Shown: positions 43,801-54,860 of the stretch, piece after piece | Position numbering within the stretch: the stretch's first letter is position 1 | Layout of the letters: each line of letters begins with the position of its first letter | From: Candidatus Bathyarchaeota archaeon | GTDB lineage: Archaea; Thermoproteota; Bathyarchaeia; 40CM-2-53-6 | Direction: 5' to 3' | NCBI GenBank assembly: GCA_963833125.1 | Contig: CAWHWX010000018.1 | Coordinates: 64,001-128,000, forward strand | DNA length: 64,000 nucleotides | The notes under the pieces: generated by a model | What the model was told of the DNA's origin: nothing | Seen by the model: only the letters and a program-made list of their open reading frames with translations | Database searches by the model: none | Made by a program: the position numbers and the translations under genes

Positions 43801-44868
43801 ATGAAGGTCTGGCTCGATATTCTCACACCAAAACAAGCAAATTTCATGGGCGAGCTTCAAAACAGGCTTGAGGCCAAAGGTTTCAAGACATTCTCGACGA
43901 CCCGTGAGTATCGTGAGGTCACCGAACTCCTCCAGCTTCGGGGTTTGAAGGCAATCCCAGTTGGACGTCATGGTGGAGAAAAGCTGGAGGACAAACTCGT
44001 AGAGAGTTCGAACCGAGTATCCGCACTCGCTAAGATCTTAGAGGGTCAGAGTGTCGACGTGGCGATTTCATTCTCATCTCCCGAAGCAGCGCGAGTTGCC
44101 TTCGGACTAGGAATTCCGCATTATTGTATCAGCGACTCCCCACATGCAGACGCAGTCAGCCGTCTTACGATCCCGCTAACTGAAAAGTTGTTCACCCCAT
44201 GGATCATCCCTCTTCGTGCCTGGACGAGGTATGGAATCAACCCTAGAGACGTGGTGCGATATCGAGCCCTGGACCCCGCCGTGTGGGTGTCCAAATACAA
44301 GAGCAACATGAAAGCCTTAGATTTACTGAAGCTCGATTTTTCGAAGCCGATCATCGTCATTAGGACTCCTGAGGAATATGCTTCGTATCTTTCAGATCGA
44401 CATTCAGGTATAGCGGGCAAGGTTGCCGAGACGGTTGCGAAGATAATCGACGTGAGCGGTGACAGCTCCCAGATCGTGGTCCTTCCTCGATATGATGTTC
44501 AGGGAGAACGGTTCACGAAGAAATTTGGGAACCGATTGATTGTTCCGGAACATGTTATCGACGCAGTCTCTCTTCTATGTGTCTCCTCAGTCTTTCTGGG
44601 TGGAGGAGGAACGATGACCGCCGAAGCAGCATTGCTTGGTGTCCCAGTGATCTCATATTATCCTGGAGACGCCACGTTTGTCGAGAGGTTCTTGATTAAC
44701 CATGGATTGGTTGAGAGAATTCTTGACCCAGGACGCATTGCTCAGCGCACGAGTGCGATCTGCAAGAGCGTGGATTTCCGTGAATTCTATCAGAGAAAAT
44801 CAGCGAAGCTGCTTCGAAGTATGGAAGATCCCTTGCAGATAATTATTCAAAAGATCTTCAAGCATTAA
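43801..44868 (+). CDS. DUF354 family protein (GT-B fold)
   Basis: MKVWLDILTPKQ, SSPEAARVAFGLGIP, GGGGTMTAEAALLGVP. Confidence 0.88.
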   Translation: MKVWLDILTPKQANFMGELQNRLEAKGFKTFSTTREYREVTELLQLRGLKAIPVGRHGGEKLEDKLVESSNRVSALAKILEGQSVDVAISFSSPEAARVAFGLGIPHYCISDSPHADAVSRLTIPLTEKLFTPWIIPLRAWTRYGINPRDVVRYRALDPAVWVSKYKSNMKALDLLKLDFSKPIIVIRTPEEYASYLSDRHSGIAGKVAETVAKIIDVSGDSSQIVVLPRYDVQGERFTKKFGNRLIVPEHVIDAVSLLCVSSVFLGGGGTMTAEAALLGVPVISYYPGDATFVERFLINHGLVERILDPGRIAQRTSAICKSVDFREFYQRKSAKLLRSMEDPLQIIIQKIFKH

Positions 44869-45109
44869 CCCGTTTTCGCGAGAGCGTTCTAGTGAGATAG
44901 GAATCAGTCACCTTCTTCCATCCCAGTAACCAGATGAGAACGAGGCCACCCGATGCCACAACTCTAGCCGTTTGTGTAGCTACGCTCTCTGCCAAGGTGG
45001 CTGTTCCAAAGTTGATCGCAAATGCTCCCTTCGAAATGACGTATGTGCTCCCCAATAGGAAGAGCCAGACGAAGATCTCTATTGCTGCTAAAGGAAGGAG
45101 TCGTTTCAT
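44858..45109 (-). CDS. small two-TM membrane protein
   Basis: Two hydrophobic segments; translationally coupled to the upstream gene. Confidence 0.6.
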   Translation of the reverse strand: MKRLLPLAAIEIFVWLFLLGSTYVISKGAFAINFGTATLAESVATQTARVVASGGLVLIWLLGWKKVTDSYLTRTLSRKRVNA

Positions 45110-46111
45110 TTGACGGCCACCGTTATCCAGTAGGTCACCACTGCGAGCACAGATGAGATCGCAGTTAGAATCATCATGGATCGCACAATTTGCTTTTCGC
45201 CTAGCGGTCCAGCGGCTAGGATTAGGCGTGTGAGAGTGACTGGTGCGCCTTTCTCGTTGCTTGCCTGCAATAATCCATTATCCAAGAGTCTTGTGGGTCT
45301 TTGAAGAATCTCTCGCCTTTCACGTAAACCGCGAACAGAAGCGAGCCCATAGAAGGAGTTCATGATGTGAGGGATTAAGGCTATCAGAATTACTGCTTCC
45401 AATCTTCCGATAATTGCCAAAGCTCCCGAGTGCTGCCCCAACGGATAGGCTTCCTGTGTCCCCGCTGAACACACGGGAAGGAAATCTGTTGAAGTAGTAG
45501 AAAGCAAGCATGGCCGCGAATAGGATGGCCGCGAGAGATCCGGCTTGCACATTTCCTGAGAAGAAAAGAATACCTGCAGCTGTTGCTGAGATTATGGCGA
45601 CTGTACCTGGCATCGCGCCATTCATCACATCCATCATGTTGATCGAATTGGAAGTGACAGCGATGGCGATTGGTATGAGAAGCGGGTATACGATGGTGAG
45701 CCTGACCATTCCAACGAGAGGTATCTCAGGAAAAGGAAAGTACGCTCCAAGGGCGAGAATCGGTATGCTGGCTAGGGCCGTAAGTACCGGTTTGGATCTC
45801 GCTCCTAGTGGGTGTAGATCGTCAATAACCCCAATTGCTCCTGCTACCAGCACTGTTCCAATGAACGCGGTCATGGTTCGAACTCCTGTAGGAAATGCGA
45901 GAATACAGGCGAATACGCCCACGACTAATCCGATTATTATTGCGAGGCCGCACATTTCGGGTACTTCATTCTTCTTCAGCTTGTGAACATCCTGACCCGT
46001 AATTCCGCGTGCTTTCATGGCTTTGGCTACGATCGGCGTTACAGCGAACGTAACGATGAAGGTTACAATGGATACGACACCGATGGTCGCGGCCTGCAGA
46101 ATGTCAAGCAT
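45106..46111 (-). CDS. MraY/GPT-family UDP-GlcNAc:polyprenyl-phosphate GlcNAc-1-P transferase (AglH-like; frameshift near 45425)
   Basis: DVHK...VPEMCG, GVIDD, NSINMMDVMNG, FPSRVFSGDTG. Confidence 0.88.
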
Positions 46112-47483
46112 GTTGTCTGCAGCTCTTGATTATGCCTGAAACCTTGCTTTTGTAATCATTTACGATTCGAAGAGCTTGGCCTTTCGTTGGTGCTTCGGCT
46201 AATATTCTAAAGATTGGCTCGGTTCCGCTGGGTCGAATTAGTATCCAAGATCGGGGCGGTATCCAAACTTTGATTCCATCAATGTCCAACACTTTGTTTT
46301 TACGAGGAAGGTTGCGGATTGCTTCTGTGACCTCTTCCTTTATTGCATTAGGACATGGGATTTTGTCTTTAACGATGTATGACTTTGGGAGCTTGGAAAT
46401 CAATTTTGATAGCGGTTTCCTAGCCTCAGCCAGTATTCTATAGATCCAGGCTGTAGTTATTCCACCATCGCGTGCTGCGACATGTGGAGAATAGAAGATG
46501 CCACCGTTGTCTTCTCCTCCGAGCTTGGAGTTGATTTTCAGCATTAAGTTTGAAACATACACGCTCCCAACAGGGGTATAGACGACCTCTCCGCCATGTT
46601 TCTCGGCTATTTCTTCAATGATCTGAGAGGAGCTTATCGGGGTGACAATTTTTTGGCCGGGGTAATTTTGCAGGAAATCCTCTACTATCAATGCAAAAGT
46701 ATGGTCACCCCAACATACCGATCCATGTTCATCAAGAAACACAGCCCTATCTCCATCTCCGTCGTGTGCCACACCAAAATCCGCGTGGAGGCTCGGAACG
46801 ATTCGTGATGTTTCGCGGAGGTGTTCGGGGGTCGGTTCGGGTAATCTGCCGGGGAATGTTCCGTCGATCGTGCCGTTGACAATGGAAACTTGGCCTCCTA
46901 GTGCTTCGATAATTGTTGGCGTCGAGAGGACGCTCACAGCGTTTGCCGTGTCAACGACTACCTTCAAGCTTGCCTGTCTCGGCACTGCACCGACATGTTC
47001 AACGATCGATTTTACATAGCTTGTGAATTTCTCAGAGACAGGGAGAGGCGGTTTGATCCGGTTCCAAGCTGCCAAATTCAGTTTTGAATCGAAATAGATC
47101 TGCTCAATCTTCAATTCCTCTTCGTGTGGAAGTTCCACTCCGTGATTTCCCATGACCTTCATGCCATTGTATTCCGGTGGGTTATGGCTGGCGGTAACCA
47201 TGATGCCCCCTTTCAGACCCCAATCTTTCGTCAAGAACTGCAAGGCGGGCGTAGTTATCATGCCTAGGTTCCAAACTTGGCATCCCACGCTCGCTAATCC
47301 AGAACAGACAATTTCTAGGAACATGGGGCTTGAAACGCGGCCGTCACATCCCACCGTCAAATCGGCGCCTTGGAAGTAGGTTCCCGTGGACTGGGATAAT
47401 TTCAGGACAAGTTCGCTGGTCATCTCCTTATTGACAATGCCCCGGACGCCATTTGTCCCGAAGAGTTTCCTTCCCTCTGACAC
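46104..47483 (-). CDS. phosphoglucosamine/phosphomannomutase family
   Basis: LFGTNGVRG, TASHNP, HDGDGDR, IRPSGTEP. Confidence 0.92.
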   Translation of the reverse strand: MSEGRKLFGTNGVRGIVNKEMTSELVLKLSQSTGTYFQGADLTVGCDGRVSSPMFLEIVCSGLASVGCQVWNLGMITTPALQFLTKDWGLKGGIMVTASHNPPEYNGMKVMGNHGVELPHEEELKIEQIYFDSKLNLAAWNRIKPPLPVSEKFTSYVKSIVEHVGAVPRQASLKVVVDTANAVSVLSTPTIIEALGGQVSIVNGTIDGTFPGRLPEPTPEHLRETSRIVPSLHADFGVAHDGDGDRAVFLDEHGSVCWGDHTFALIVEDFLQNYPGQKIVTPISSSQIIEEIAEKHGGEVVYTPVGSVYVSNLMLKINSKLGGEDNGGIFYSPHVAARDGGITTAWIYRILAEARKPLSKLISKLPKSYIVKDKIPCPNAIKEEVTEAIRNLPRKNKVLDIDGIKVWIPPRSWILIRPSGTEPIFRILAEAPTKGQALRIVNDYKSKVSGIIKSCRQHA

Positions 47484-47489
47484 TCTGGA

Positions 47490-48582
47490 TCACATCACAT
47501 GGGCCGATGCTCTGACGTTAGAGTCAATCTCCTTGTAAGGATGAATTATGGCTCCAGGCCCAATTTTCACGCCGTCCCCAATCTTTACGCTGGGCGAAAT
47601 GACGCATCCCGACCCAATCCTAGCTCGTTTCCCCACGTTAACGTCGTTTGCTAAGATTGCTCCCGACACTACCGAGCGTTCCCCGATGGTGACTCTGTCA
47701 AATAGTATTGATTCCGAGACTCTTGCACCTTTTTCGATCGAACCGTTGTTTCCGAGCAAGACTTTCGGCCCGACCGAAGCCTCGCTACTCACTCTGGAGT
47801 TTTCTCCGATGAAGACTGATTTTCGAATCATGTCGTCATTTGGTCAAGTTTCTCCTGTCTTCTACGAAACCGTGTGGTGACTCGACCAGCATTGCAAAGT
47901 TGGCCCTTCGGAAATCGACGAGGTTGCCTATGTCAAACCAGTGACCCGAAAATGTGAATCCGCCGAGCCTTCCATTCTTGGCAAGTGGCGGGAATATATC
48001 CCTCTCGAGCGAAACCCGCTGATTGGGAGGTATCATTTGCAACACGTCTGGTTCGATAAGGTAGATTCCGGCATTAACGAGGCGGCTGGGTGCCTCTCTT
48101 TGCTTTGGTTTCTCAACGAATTTGCGGATTCGGTTTTCTGAGTCCAATTGGACGACGCCGAATCTGCTCGGGTTTTTCACTTCGTAGAGCGCATCTGTGA
48201 TGAGCGCTTTTGTCTCTTTATGCTGTTTCAACATCTCTCGGAGATTGATCTGGGCGATTACATCGCCGTTCATCGCGATGAATGTTTCATCGATTCTTGC
48301 GTTAGTCGAGGCGAGCTTCATCGGTCCCGCGGTACCAAGAGGTTCGGTCTCAAGAGAATACTTGATGCTCATTCCTTTGTATTCCGACCCAACCTGGCGC
48401 CGTAGGGTCTCCGCCAAATAATTCACACAAAGTATCACTTCTTCTGTTCCAACGCTTCTTAGAAGATCCAAACTCCAGTAGATCATCGGCTTGCCACAAA
48501 TAGGAAAGAGCAGTTTAGGTAAGGCGTAACTAATCGGTCGGAGCCGTGTTGCGAATCCCCCAGCAAGCACTATTCCCTTCAA
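47490..48582 (-). CDS. NDP-sugar synthase (mannose-1-P guanylyltransferase-like) with left-handed beta-helix (frameshift near 47840)
   Basis: LAGGFATRLRP, EPLGTAG, FVEKP and WFDIG; hexapeptide repeats in ORF 47490-47831. Confidence 0.88.
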
Positions 48583-48655
48583 ATCAGCCCACGACCAGTT
48601 ATCTTTCGGACAAACGTACATTTCTCCCTATTTGTACTTCGAGGAGCGCTCACAA

Positions 48656-49113
48656 ATGAAGGGAACTTACACCATAGTTGTACGGTGCAAAGACACAGGG
48701 TACGCAACGTTCGGTAAGTTGGGAAGGGCCAGATTGAGAAAGGGCCGTTATCTCTATACGGGTTCGGCATTGGGGCGCGGCGCTGTTTCGTTAGAGGGAA
48801 GGCTTGAAAGACACATGAGTCGCCAAAAGCGGCTGAGGTGGCATGTCGATTATCTCACCTCGCGCCCTGGTTGCAACGTCACGGGTGCTGTTTATGTAGG
48901 TGTGATGGCCGTTTGGAGTGTAAGGTCAACAGTTCAATTTCAAAGGAATTGGGTGTTTCGCCGGTCTTATTGAAAATTGGAGCGAGTGATTGTAAATGTG
49001 ACGGGCATCTGCTTGGGCCGGTGCGTCGTTTGAATGAACACTACTTGATGAGGTTGTTGGAATCTGTCTACGGCGAGTTCGGCGTGCCGAGATCGTACGT
49101 CGTGAAAGTGTAA
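48656..49113 (+). CDS. DUF123 GIY-YIG-like nuclease family protein (frameshift near 48900)
   Basis: MKGTY, YLYTGSA, RLERH, RWHVDYL, GASDCKCDGHL. Confidence 0.85.
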
Positions 49114-49114
49114 T

Positions 49115-49918
49115 TCAGATTGATTGTGCTTCTTCCCATCTCTTTTGAAAGGCGTCTCGAAAGATTCTGATGAGTCCTTGGTTTTTCGTGTAGTTTGGAC
49201 GGAAGTAGATGGGGCGGGGGACGTCGCTCTTCTTGGTTGCCCAGACGACGAAAACGAGTTCTTGGTCGTCCACAAGTGTTCCCCTTACGGGGTACCATTC
49301 TTCGGCACAGTGACGTACTTGTATGCCGAGTCCTCGAAGTTCTTTCGCCCGTAGCTCCGTGGAAGAGTCTTTCACCATCATCAGAACTTTCATGTCGACC
49401 TGTCGGTCATGGGCTTGGAAGATAGATTCTCGGACTTTTTCGTACCAACCGAAGGTTTCAGCGAAAATGAACACCTCTCGAGTAGCATTACCTAAGATTT
49501 GTGCTGTCCGAAGTTCCATATCCGGTAAGTCTCGTAGAGGTTCGATGATCTCTTCGGGCCTTATTCCGAGCCTGTTTTCCCAGTAGGTGGGTTCTAGCAG
49601 TTTTTCAAGGTCGAGTGCAATTGATGTCTCTTGGGAAACCTGATCTTCTATAGCCTTCTTTCTTTGATCGAGTATCTTTCGAAGGACTAGCCTGGGCTGG
49701 ACGACTTCAACTCTATTACTAGAGATCTTGACGAGACCTTTGTCTGTGAGGGCCTTCAAGGCGTCTTCAGCAATGGGCGCAGGTATTCCGAACGCGGTCA
49801 CCACTTTCTCGACCATGTCACCGCCCGGTTGTGAGAGCAATTTCAGGTACATCTTGGATTCAGCAGCCGCTAAGCCCAATGACTCGAGAAGCTTCACTTC
49901 TTTGCCGTCGTCAGCCAT
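49115..49918 (-). CDS. TrmB family transcriptional regulator (paralog of 42972-43793)
   Basis: LGLAAAESKMYLKLL N-terminal HTH; C-terminal WYPVRGTLVD...TKNQGLIRIFR. Confidence 0.8.
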   Translation of the reverse strand: MADDGKEVKLLESLGLAAAESKMYLKLLSQPGGDMVEKVVTAFGIPAPIAEDALKALTDKGLVKISSNRVEVVQPRLVLRKILDQRKKAIEDQVSQETSIALDLEKLLEPTYWENRLGIRPEEIIEPLRDLPDMELRTAQILGNATREVFIFAETFGWYEKVRESIFQAHDRQVDMKVLMMVKDSSTELRAKELRGLGIQVRHCAEEWYPVRGTLVDDQELVFVVWATKKSDVPRPIYFRPNYTKNQGLIRIFRDAFQKRWEEAQSI

Positions 49919-50028
49919 GGCTCTCAACACTCAAAGAATACTCGAAAGGAATCGGTTGCTGTTTCATTCGTCAGGGCTTATACCCTTTTAGGATCTAAAT
50001 TCAACGCCGCTTCCTCAGGATATGCGGT

Positions 50029-50793
50029 TCAGTTCTCTGTCCATTTCGCTTTGAATAGCGCAAGGGAGAGGAAGATGATTGTGAATACTGGTAGTGCGAG
50101 CCAACTCAGGAGCACCTGTGAAGAGGTTGATGGTAGACCTACCGCGTTTTCTATTAGGACAGAGGTATGTGTGGTTGGAACGAGTTCAGCGAGCCATCTA
50201 AGCCGGTCCGGGATTATTTGGAGGGGATAGAAGACGGGTGGTAGGACTGAGAGTATGATTGAAATGAAGGCAACTGTAAGAAATGCGGTACGAGTGTTAA
50301 GGACGTAGGTTGAGAGGAAGAAACCGATAGCACTCGTCGTTATCCATGTAAGAAATACCACCGCAAGTATCTCGAGGATCATGACTGATGAGATTGCACC
50401 CGTAAACAAAGGGATAATTGCTAACAGAATGACGAGCGCGGGTGCTGCGAAAGCGAGTTCTGACATCGCGACCGAGAACATGTATGTGAGAGAAGAGACG
50501 GGGGATGCTACCACCATTGATTGGAATTTGTGCTCAATTCTATAATTCGTTAAGTCTGCGCCCAGAAAGAGACCCTGCTGCGAGACCGTCATGGTTATGG
50601 CCCCAGCAATTCCGTAAAGCAACGTCGCACCATGCCCGGTTACGAAAAGTATGAAGAGTATTGTGAATGGCGTTGAGAACACGAAGGGAAGCAGTGTTGG
50701 GATCCTTACCATGGGAAGTATGCCCAGGTAGTAACTTAGCGCGCCTATAGTTCGGAGTTCTTTCGTTATCTTTTGTGATATTGTTTCATTCAT
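50029..50793 (-). CDS. ABC-2 type exporter permease
   Basis: Six TM segments, PVFYP...PTTH. Confidence 0.85.
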   Translation of the reverse strand: MNETISQKITKELRTIGALSYYLGILPMVRIPTLLPFVFSTPFTILFILFVTGHGATLLYGIAGAITMTVSQQGLFLGADLTNYRIEHKFQSMVVASPVSSLTYMFSVAMSELAFAAPALVILLAIIPLFTGAISSVMILEILAVVFLTWITTSAIGFFLSTYVLNTRTAFLTVAFISIILSVLPPVFYPLQIIPDRLRWLAELVPTTHTSVLIENAVGLPSTSSQVLLSWLALPVFTIIFLSLALFKAKWTEN

Positions 50794-51755
50794 CTCTCGT
50801 ATGCTCCTCTCGTGTGGGCTTGCTCTTGGTTCTCTTGTTCTTCGTCGATGCCTGAGCCTACGATTTCTACGAAAACGTCATCTAATGTAACGGGTGCGAT
50901 TGAAATTGTGGCTTTTCGCTTCAGCGCTTCCCTGCTTACATCTTCAGCCATCTTCTCGTCAACGAAAAGTCTGGAGAGGTTGCCGACTTTGATTGTCTTT
51001 CCATAAGACTTCAACTCATCATCCGTGAAACCAGCTGCTACATCGACCCGGATCCTCGAAATGAGATGCTTTGCGCACACGTCGGTTGGGGTGCCTTGTG
51101 CGAGAACATGGCCGTGATCTATTATTGCCAACTCGTCCGACAGCGCTTCGGCCTCATCCATATAATGCGTCGACAGGACTATCGTCTTTCCTTCATCGCG
51201 TTTTAGTCGAATCAACTCGTTCCACACCCGCCTTCTGCCAACTGGATCAAGGCCTATTGTGGGTTCGTCCAAGAACATCAGGTCGACGTCGCAGGCGATT
51301 GTCATGGCAATCAGTATCCTTTGCCTTAACCCGCCCGACAGCTCTTCCGAATGTACTTTCTCGAACTCAGAAAGCTCTACAGTTTCAAGCACTCGTTTCG
51401 CCTTCACAGAAGCCTCTCCGAGACTTTCGCCACGCATCATTAGCGCGAGTAAAACATGGTCGTAAGCGTTCAATGTCCAGAGAGGCTTAGCCTCCTGCGG
51501 AGTGATAGCTATCCTTCGACGTATTTCCTTCGCATTTTTCGTTACGTCAAGTCCAAAAACGGTAACAGATCCAGAGGTAGGTAGGAGCTGGGTAGTGGCG
51601 ATTCTCAGGAATGTAGTTTTTCCAGCTCCATTTCTTCCGAGGAGCGTGAATATCTTGCCCTCATCTATCGCGAGGTTCAAGTTGTCGAGAGCCGGGTCCT
51701 TCTTCTTTCTGTAGTACTTCACCAGGTTGCTGGCTTCAATCACGTGAGAGCACAT
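50790..51755 (-). CDS. ABC exporter ATP-binding protein
   Basis: GRNGAGKTT, LSGG, FLDEPTIGLD, STHYMDEAE. Confidence 0.93.
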   Translation of the reverse strand: MCSHVIEASNLVKYYRKKKDPALDNLNLAIDEGKIFTLLGRNGAGKTTFLRIATTQLLPTSGSVTVFGLDVTKNAKEIRRRIAITPQEAKPLWTLNAYDHVLLALMMRGESLGEASVKAKRVLETVELSEFEKVHSEELSGGLRQRILIAMTIACDVDLMFLDEPTIGLDPVGRRRVWNELIRLKRDEGKTIVLSTHYMDEAEALSDELAIIDHGHVLAQGTPTDVCAKHLISRIRVDVAAGFTDDELKSYGKTIKVGNLSRLFVDEKMAEDVSREALKRKATISIAPVTLDDVFVEIVGSGIDEEQENQEQAHTRGAYER

Positions 51756-51913
51756 GACGTTTCACCTCGACGAAGACTGAACTGACGTTCGTCTATTTTA
51801 GATAAGGATGGTGCGTTATCGGATCGAAAGAAGTTTACAAATCGGCCACGAATATCGAAGATCAATCAATTTTGAGTTCTATAGGAGCGTCCGCAGTGAG
51901 GTCAGGTCAGCGG

Positions 51914-52020
51914 TGGTGGACCGGGCGGGATTTGAACCCGCGACCTCCCGCATGCCAAGCGGACGATGTGATCGCATCGTTTTAGTCTACGATGCTCATA
52001 CCAGGCTGATCTACCGGCCC
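51914..52020 (-). tRNA. tRNA-Ala(GGC) with a 29-nt intron (51968-51996) at about position 22/23
   Basis: Acceptor GGGCCGG/CCGGTCC with G3:U70, anticodon loop TTGGCAT, GGTTCAAAT T-loop, encoded CCA; intron hairpin GCATCGT/ACGATGC. Confidence 0.92.
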
Positions 52021-52230
52021 ACTATTCCGAGAGCTTTCAACGTGCGGCTAAAAACCTTCGTGCAAGTCCAAAACTGTAACGGCGAACGGGTGGATGGTCT
52101 TCAGTGTAGGCGAAACGCTTCTGTCGAAGAATTCATCTGTTGAAAGCCGCGAACGTCTGGTCGTGGCCTGTAAGAATATGGGCCACGCAACAAAGAGCTA
52201 TCTATCACCAGTATGAATCGTCCGAGGAAA

Positions 52231-53857
52231 ATGCAATTGATCAATCGCGCGACCCGAACAATACTGTTGGTCCTTCATTGTCCTCGCCATCCTGATGGTT
52301 GCGCTCAACGCTTTCGAATCAGCCCAGGCTCAGGCGGGCTTCGATTTCAGCGTGAGCTTAAATGGGTACTCGCTTGCGGTAGCCCCGAACCGTTCAGGGT
52401 ATGATCAAGTAACCGTTGCATTAGTTTCCGGTTCCCCTCAAACTGTGAACTTAACCTCACAGATTTCACCACAGGATGGAGAAGTGTCAGCGTATTTCGC
52501 TCAACCAGCGGGAAATCCATCATTCGTGACAACGCTCGTTGTCAACGCTCTGGCAGCCTCACCTGGCAAGATGTATACGATCTCCGTTACGGGCATGTCC
52601 CAAGGACTAACGCGGCAAGCACTTCCACTTGCGTTAACGATCAGCTGCCCTCAAGGGCCCTGCCCAAAATTGCACGTTGATTGGACGGACAAAACCTCTT
52701 ACTCACAAGGTGAATCGATCCAGTTCAGGGGATCAGGATTTTACCCAACCGATGTAGCAGCATCTTGCTTGACAACCGAGAACAATGGCACGGCCATATG
52801 CCAGAACCAGGCCTCCGCTGATGGTCAGGGGGATGTTTCAGGTTCGATGGTTGTAACCCCAAAAATACTGCTTGGCCCACAACAATTCTACCTGAAGGAT
52901 CTGACAAACGACCAACAATCCCCCAAGGTCCCGCTTACCATCCTCCAAGCGTCCCCTATCCTCACGACCGCCTATGTGGGACAAGGCTCCGTATCTCCAT
53001 CTTGCCCATCGGGCTGCGCACAACCTGTAGGGGAACTCGTGAACGTTACCGCTAGTCCGGCTGCAGGCTGGACATTCGCGGGCTGGAACATCACAGGGGC
53101 CACCTGCTTCGGCGGGCTTAGTTCAAACCCCTGCATGTTCACGATGCCAAATAACGGAGTGTCTGCCAACGCGAACTTCGTCCAATTTCAGACTCTCACA
53201 ACGACCTACATAGGACAGGGCGCAATCTCGCCCTCCTGCCCCTCAGGCTGCCAGGTGACCGTCGGGTCGACAGTATCAATCACGCCCACTCCATCTCCGG
53301 GGTGGATAGTCTCCGGTTACCACTTAACGAGCGGAGTCACCTGTGGCCCTCAGCCAGGATTTACTTGCGGCTTTATCATGCCCAACGTTCCGGTCAATTT
53401 TCAAGTGATATTCACAGAAACCACAGTAACCGCCAAAACAACCCTGACCGTCACTTCCTCGGTCACAACGCCTGTGACAAGTACGTCCGTGTTCGGAAGC
53501 ACATCCTCATCAACGATTACGATAATCACGGAATCGACGACCCAACTAAGCGGCACCCAGACAACAACCACACTATACTCGACTGGCAGCACAATAAACA
53601 CGCAAACACAATACTACGCGATAACTCAACTCTCGACGTTCACATCAACTACTACTTCGACTAGCTTGAACGTGCCCGATCCCCTAGTTGAACTCGCACT
53701 CGCAGCCATTATCCTCGTCTCATCGGCAGTTATCGGGGTTAGTCTAATCAAACAATTCCCAAGGCGGGGCATAATTTCATGCTCTAACTGCGGCTTCAAG
53801 AACTCCCATCCCGGAAAATATTGCTTGGGCTGCGGTGAACCCTTGAAGAGGACTTGA
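52231..53857 (+). CDS. surface-anchored protein: Ig-like domains, two InlB-B-repeat-like domains, Thr-rich stalk, TM helix and cytoplasmic zinc ribbon (signal peptide split by an indel near 52275)
   Basis: Repeats LTT.Y.GQG..SPSCPSGC...VG..V..T..P..GW; Thr/Ser run; TM; CSNCG...YCLGCG. Confidence 0.75.
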
Positions 53858-53862
53858 CCGAA

Positions 53863-54403
53863 ATGGCTCGCCTCCCCTCAGCTCGCGTGAAGATCTCGAT
53901 TACTCATCATATTGGTCTGCTTTCTTGGCTTCTATTCATCACTGAGCATCTCAACAGCTCAGTCAACCTACACTTCAAACCTGACGCAACTCACAACGAC
54001 CTTCTCTACCACCACGAGTTTGACAACGATAACTAGTCCAACAATATTCTACACGACTACGACAGAGACTTTGAACTCAACCGTTCAGGGGACCCAAACC
54101 CTCGCCCAAACTTCAGTGATAATGGTTACGTCGAACTATACCATTATTCTTGGCGGTACGCTAACGCAAACCATCACGTCAATAGTCACCCAGGTTTCAA
54201 CTCAGACAACCCCACTGCTCGGAAACATTTGGGGCGAATCCTTAGCTATTATTCTACTTCTGAGCGCGATTGCAAGCTTTATTGTCCCTAGAGTTCGCTC
54301 CGTCCGTCCAAGAGGAACAATTTGTAGCGAATGCGGTTATCGAAACCCGCCCTTCGCCAAGTCCTTCTGCGTCAAGTGCGGTCATTCTTTGGAGCCAACG
54401 TAG
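53863..54403 (+). CDS. small Thr-rich membrane protein with cytoplasmic zinc ribbon (possible indel near 53905)
   Basis: Signal-like N-terminus, Thr-rich stalk, TM, CSECG...FCVKCG. Confidence 0.7.
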
Positions 54404-54444
54404 CCTTACTGTGTGAGGCTACTATTCCGGTTACTGCGGTTAAG

Positions 54445-54744
54445 CTACGACGCCACTCCAATTCTTCTCTTCGGTGAATGTTTCACGGAATAGTAGGGTG
54501 GTAACGCCTTAACTTCAAAGGTTCGATGGTTCTGCGTGGGGGCCTGACTAGTGTAGATATTTTGTTGGAACTGGGGGGATGGGAGTGGTTTGGTTTGGAA
54601 TTGTGTGTTGTTTCGTGTTGCAGCTGGATGCAAGAATGGCTGGCCGAAGGAATTGGTTTGTGTGAGCCAGAAGATAATTGGCAAAACTACGGTCACCGCT
54701 ACGAAGCCTGTGGCCATAACGAAGACTATAATGACTGCGTCCAT
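54445..54744 (-). CDS. hypothetical single-TM protein
   Basis: N-terminal hydrophobic helix and Gln/Pro-rich tail; TATA box about 50 nt upstream. Confidence 0.55.
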   Translation of the reverse strand: MDAVIIVFVMATGFVAVTVVLPIIFWLTQTNSFGQPFLHPAATRNNTQFQTKPLPSPQFQQNIYTSQAPTQNHRTFEVKALPPYYSVKHSPKRRIGVAS

Positions 54745-54798
54745 TATTGACTCGCCTGTCGATACATGTATCTACGTTAATATACACATGAGTTTATA
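54742..54798 (-). promoter_or_regulatory. promoter A (TATA box plus conserved TATCGACA element)
   Basis: Minus-strand TATAAA-N28-TATCGACA...ATAATGG, paralogous to 56948-57006. Confidence 0.55.
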
Positions 54799-54860
54799 TG
54801 ACTTTCGACAGTGACGATACATTTTTAAACACGCCTAGACACCACATTGCCCGACGATAA

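Noticed and set aside
1911-49113. Selenocysteine, pyrrolysine or programmed recoding as the cause of split genes
   Set aside because: The breaks are frame changes rather than in-frame stops, and they share no slippery motif.
51808-52143. 111-aa ORF
   Set aside because: Overlaps tRNA-Ala on the opposite strand.
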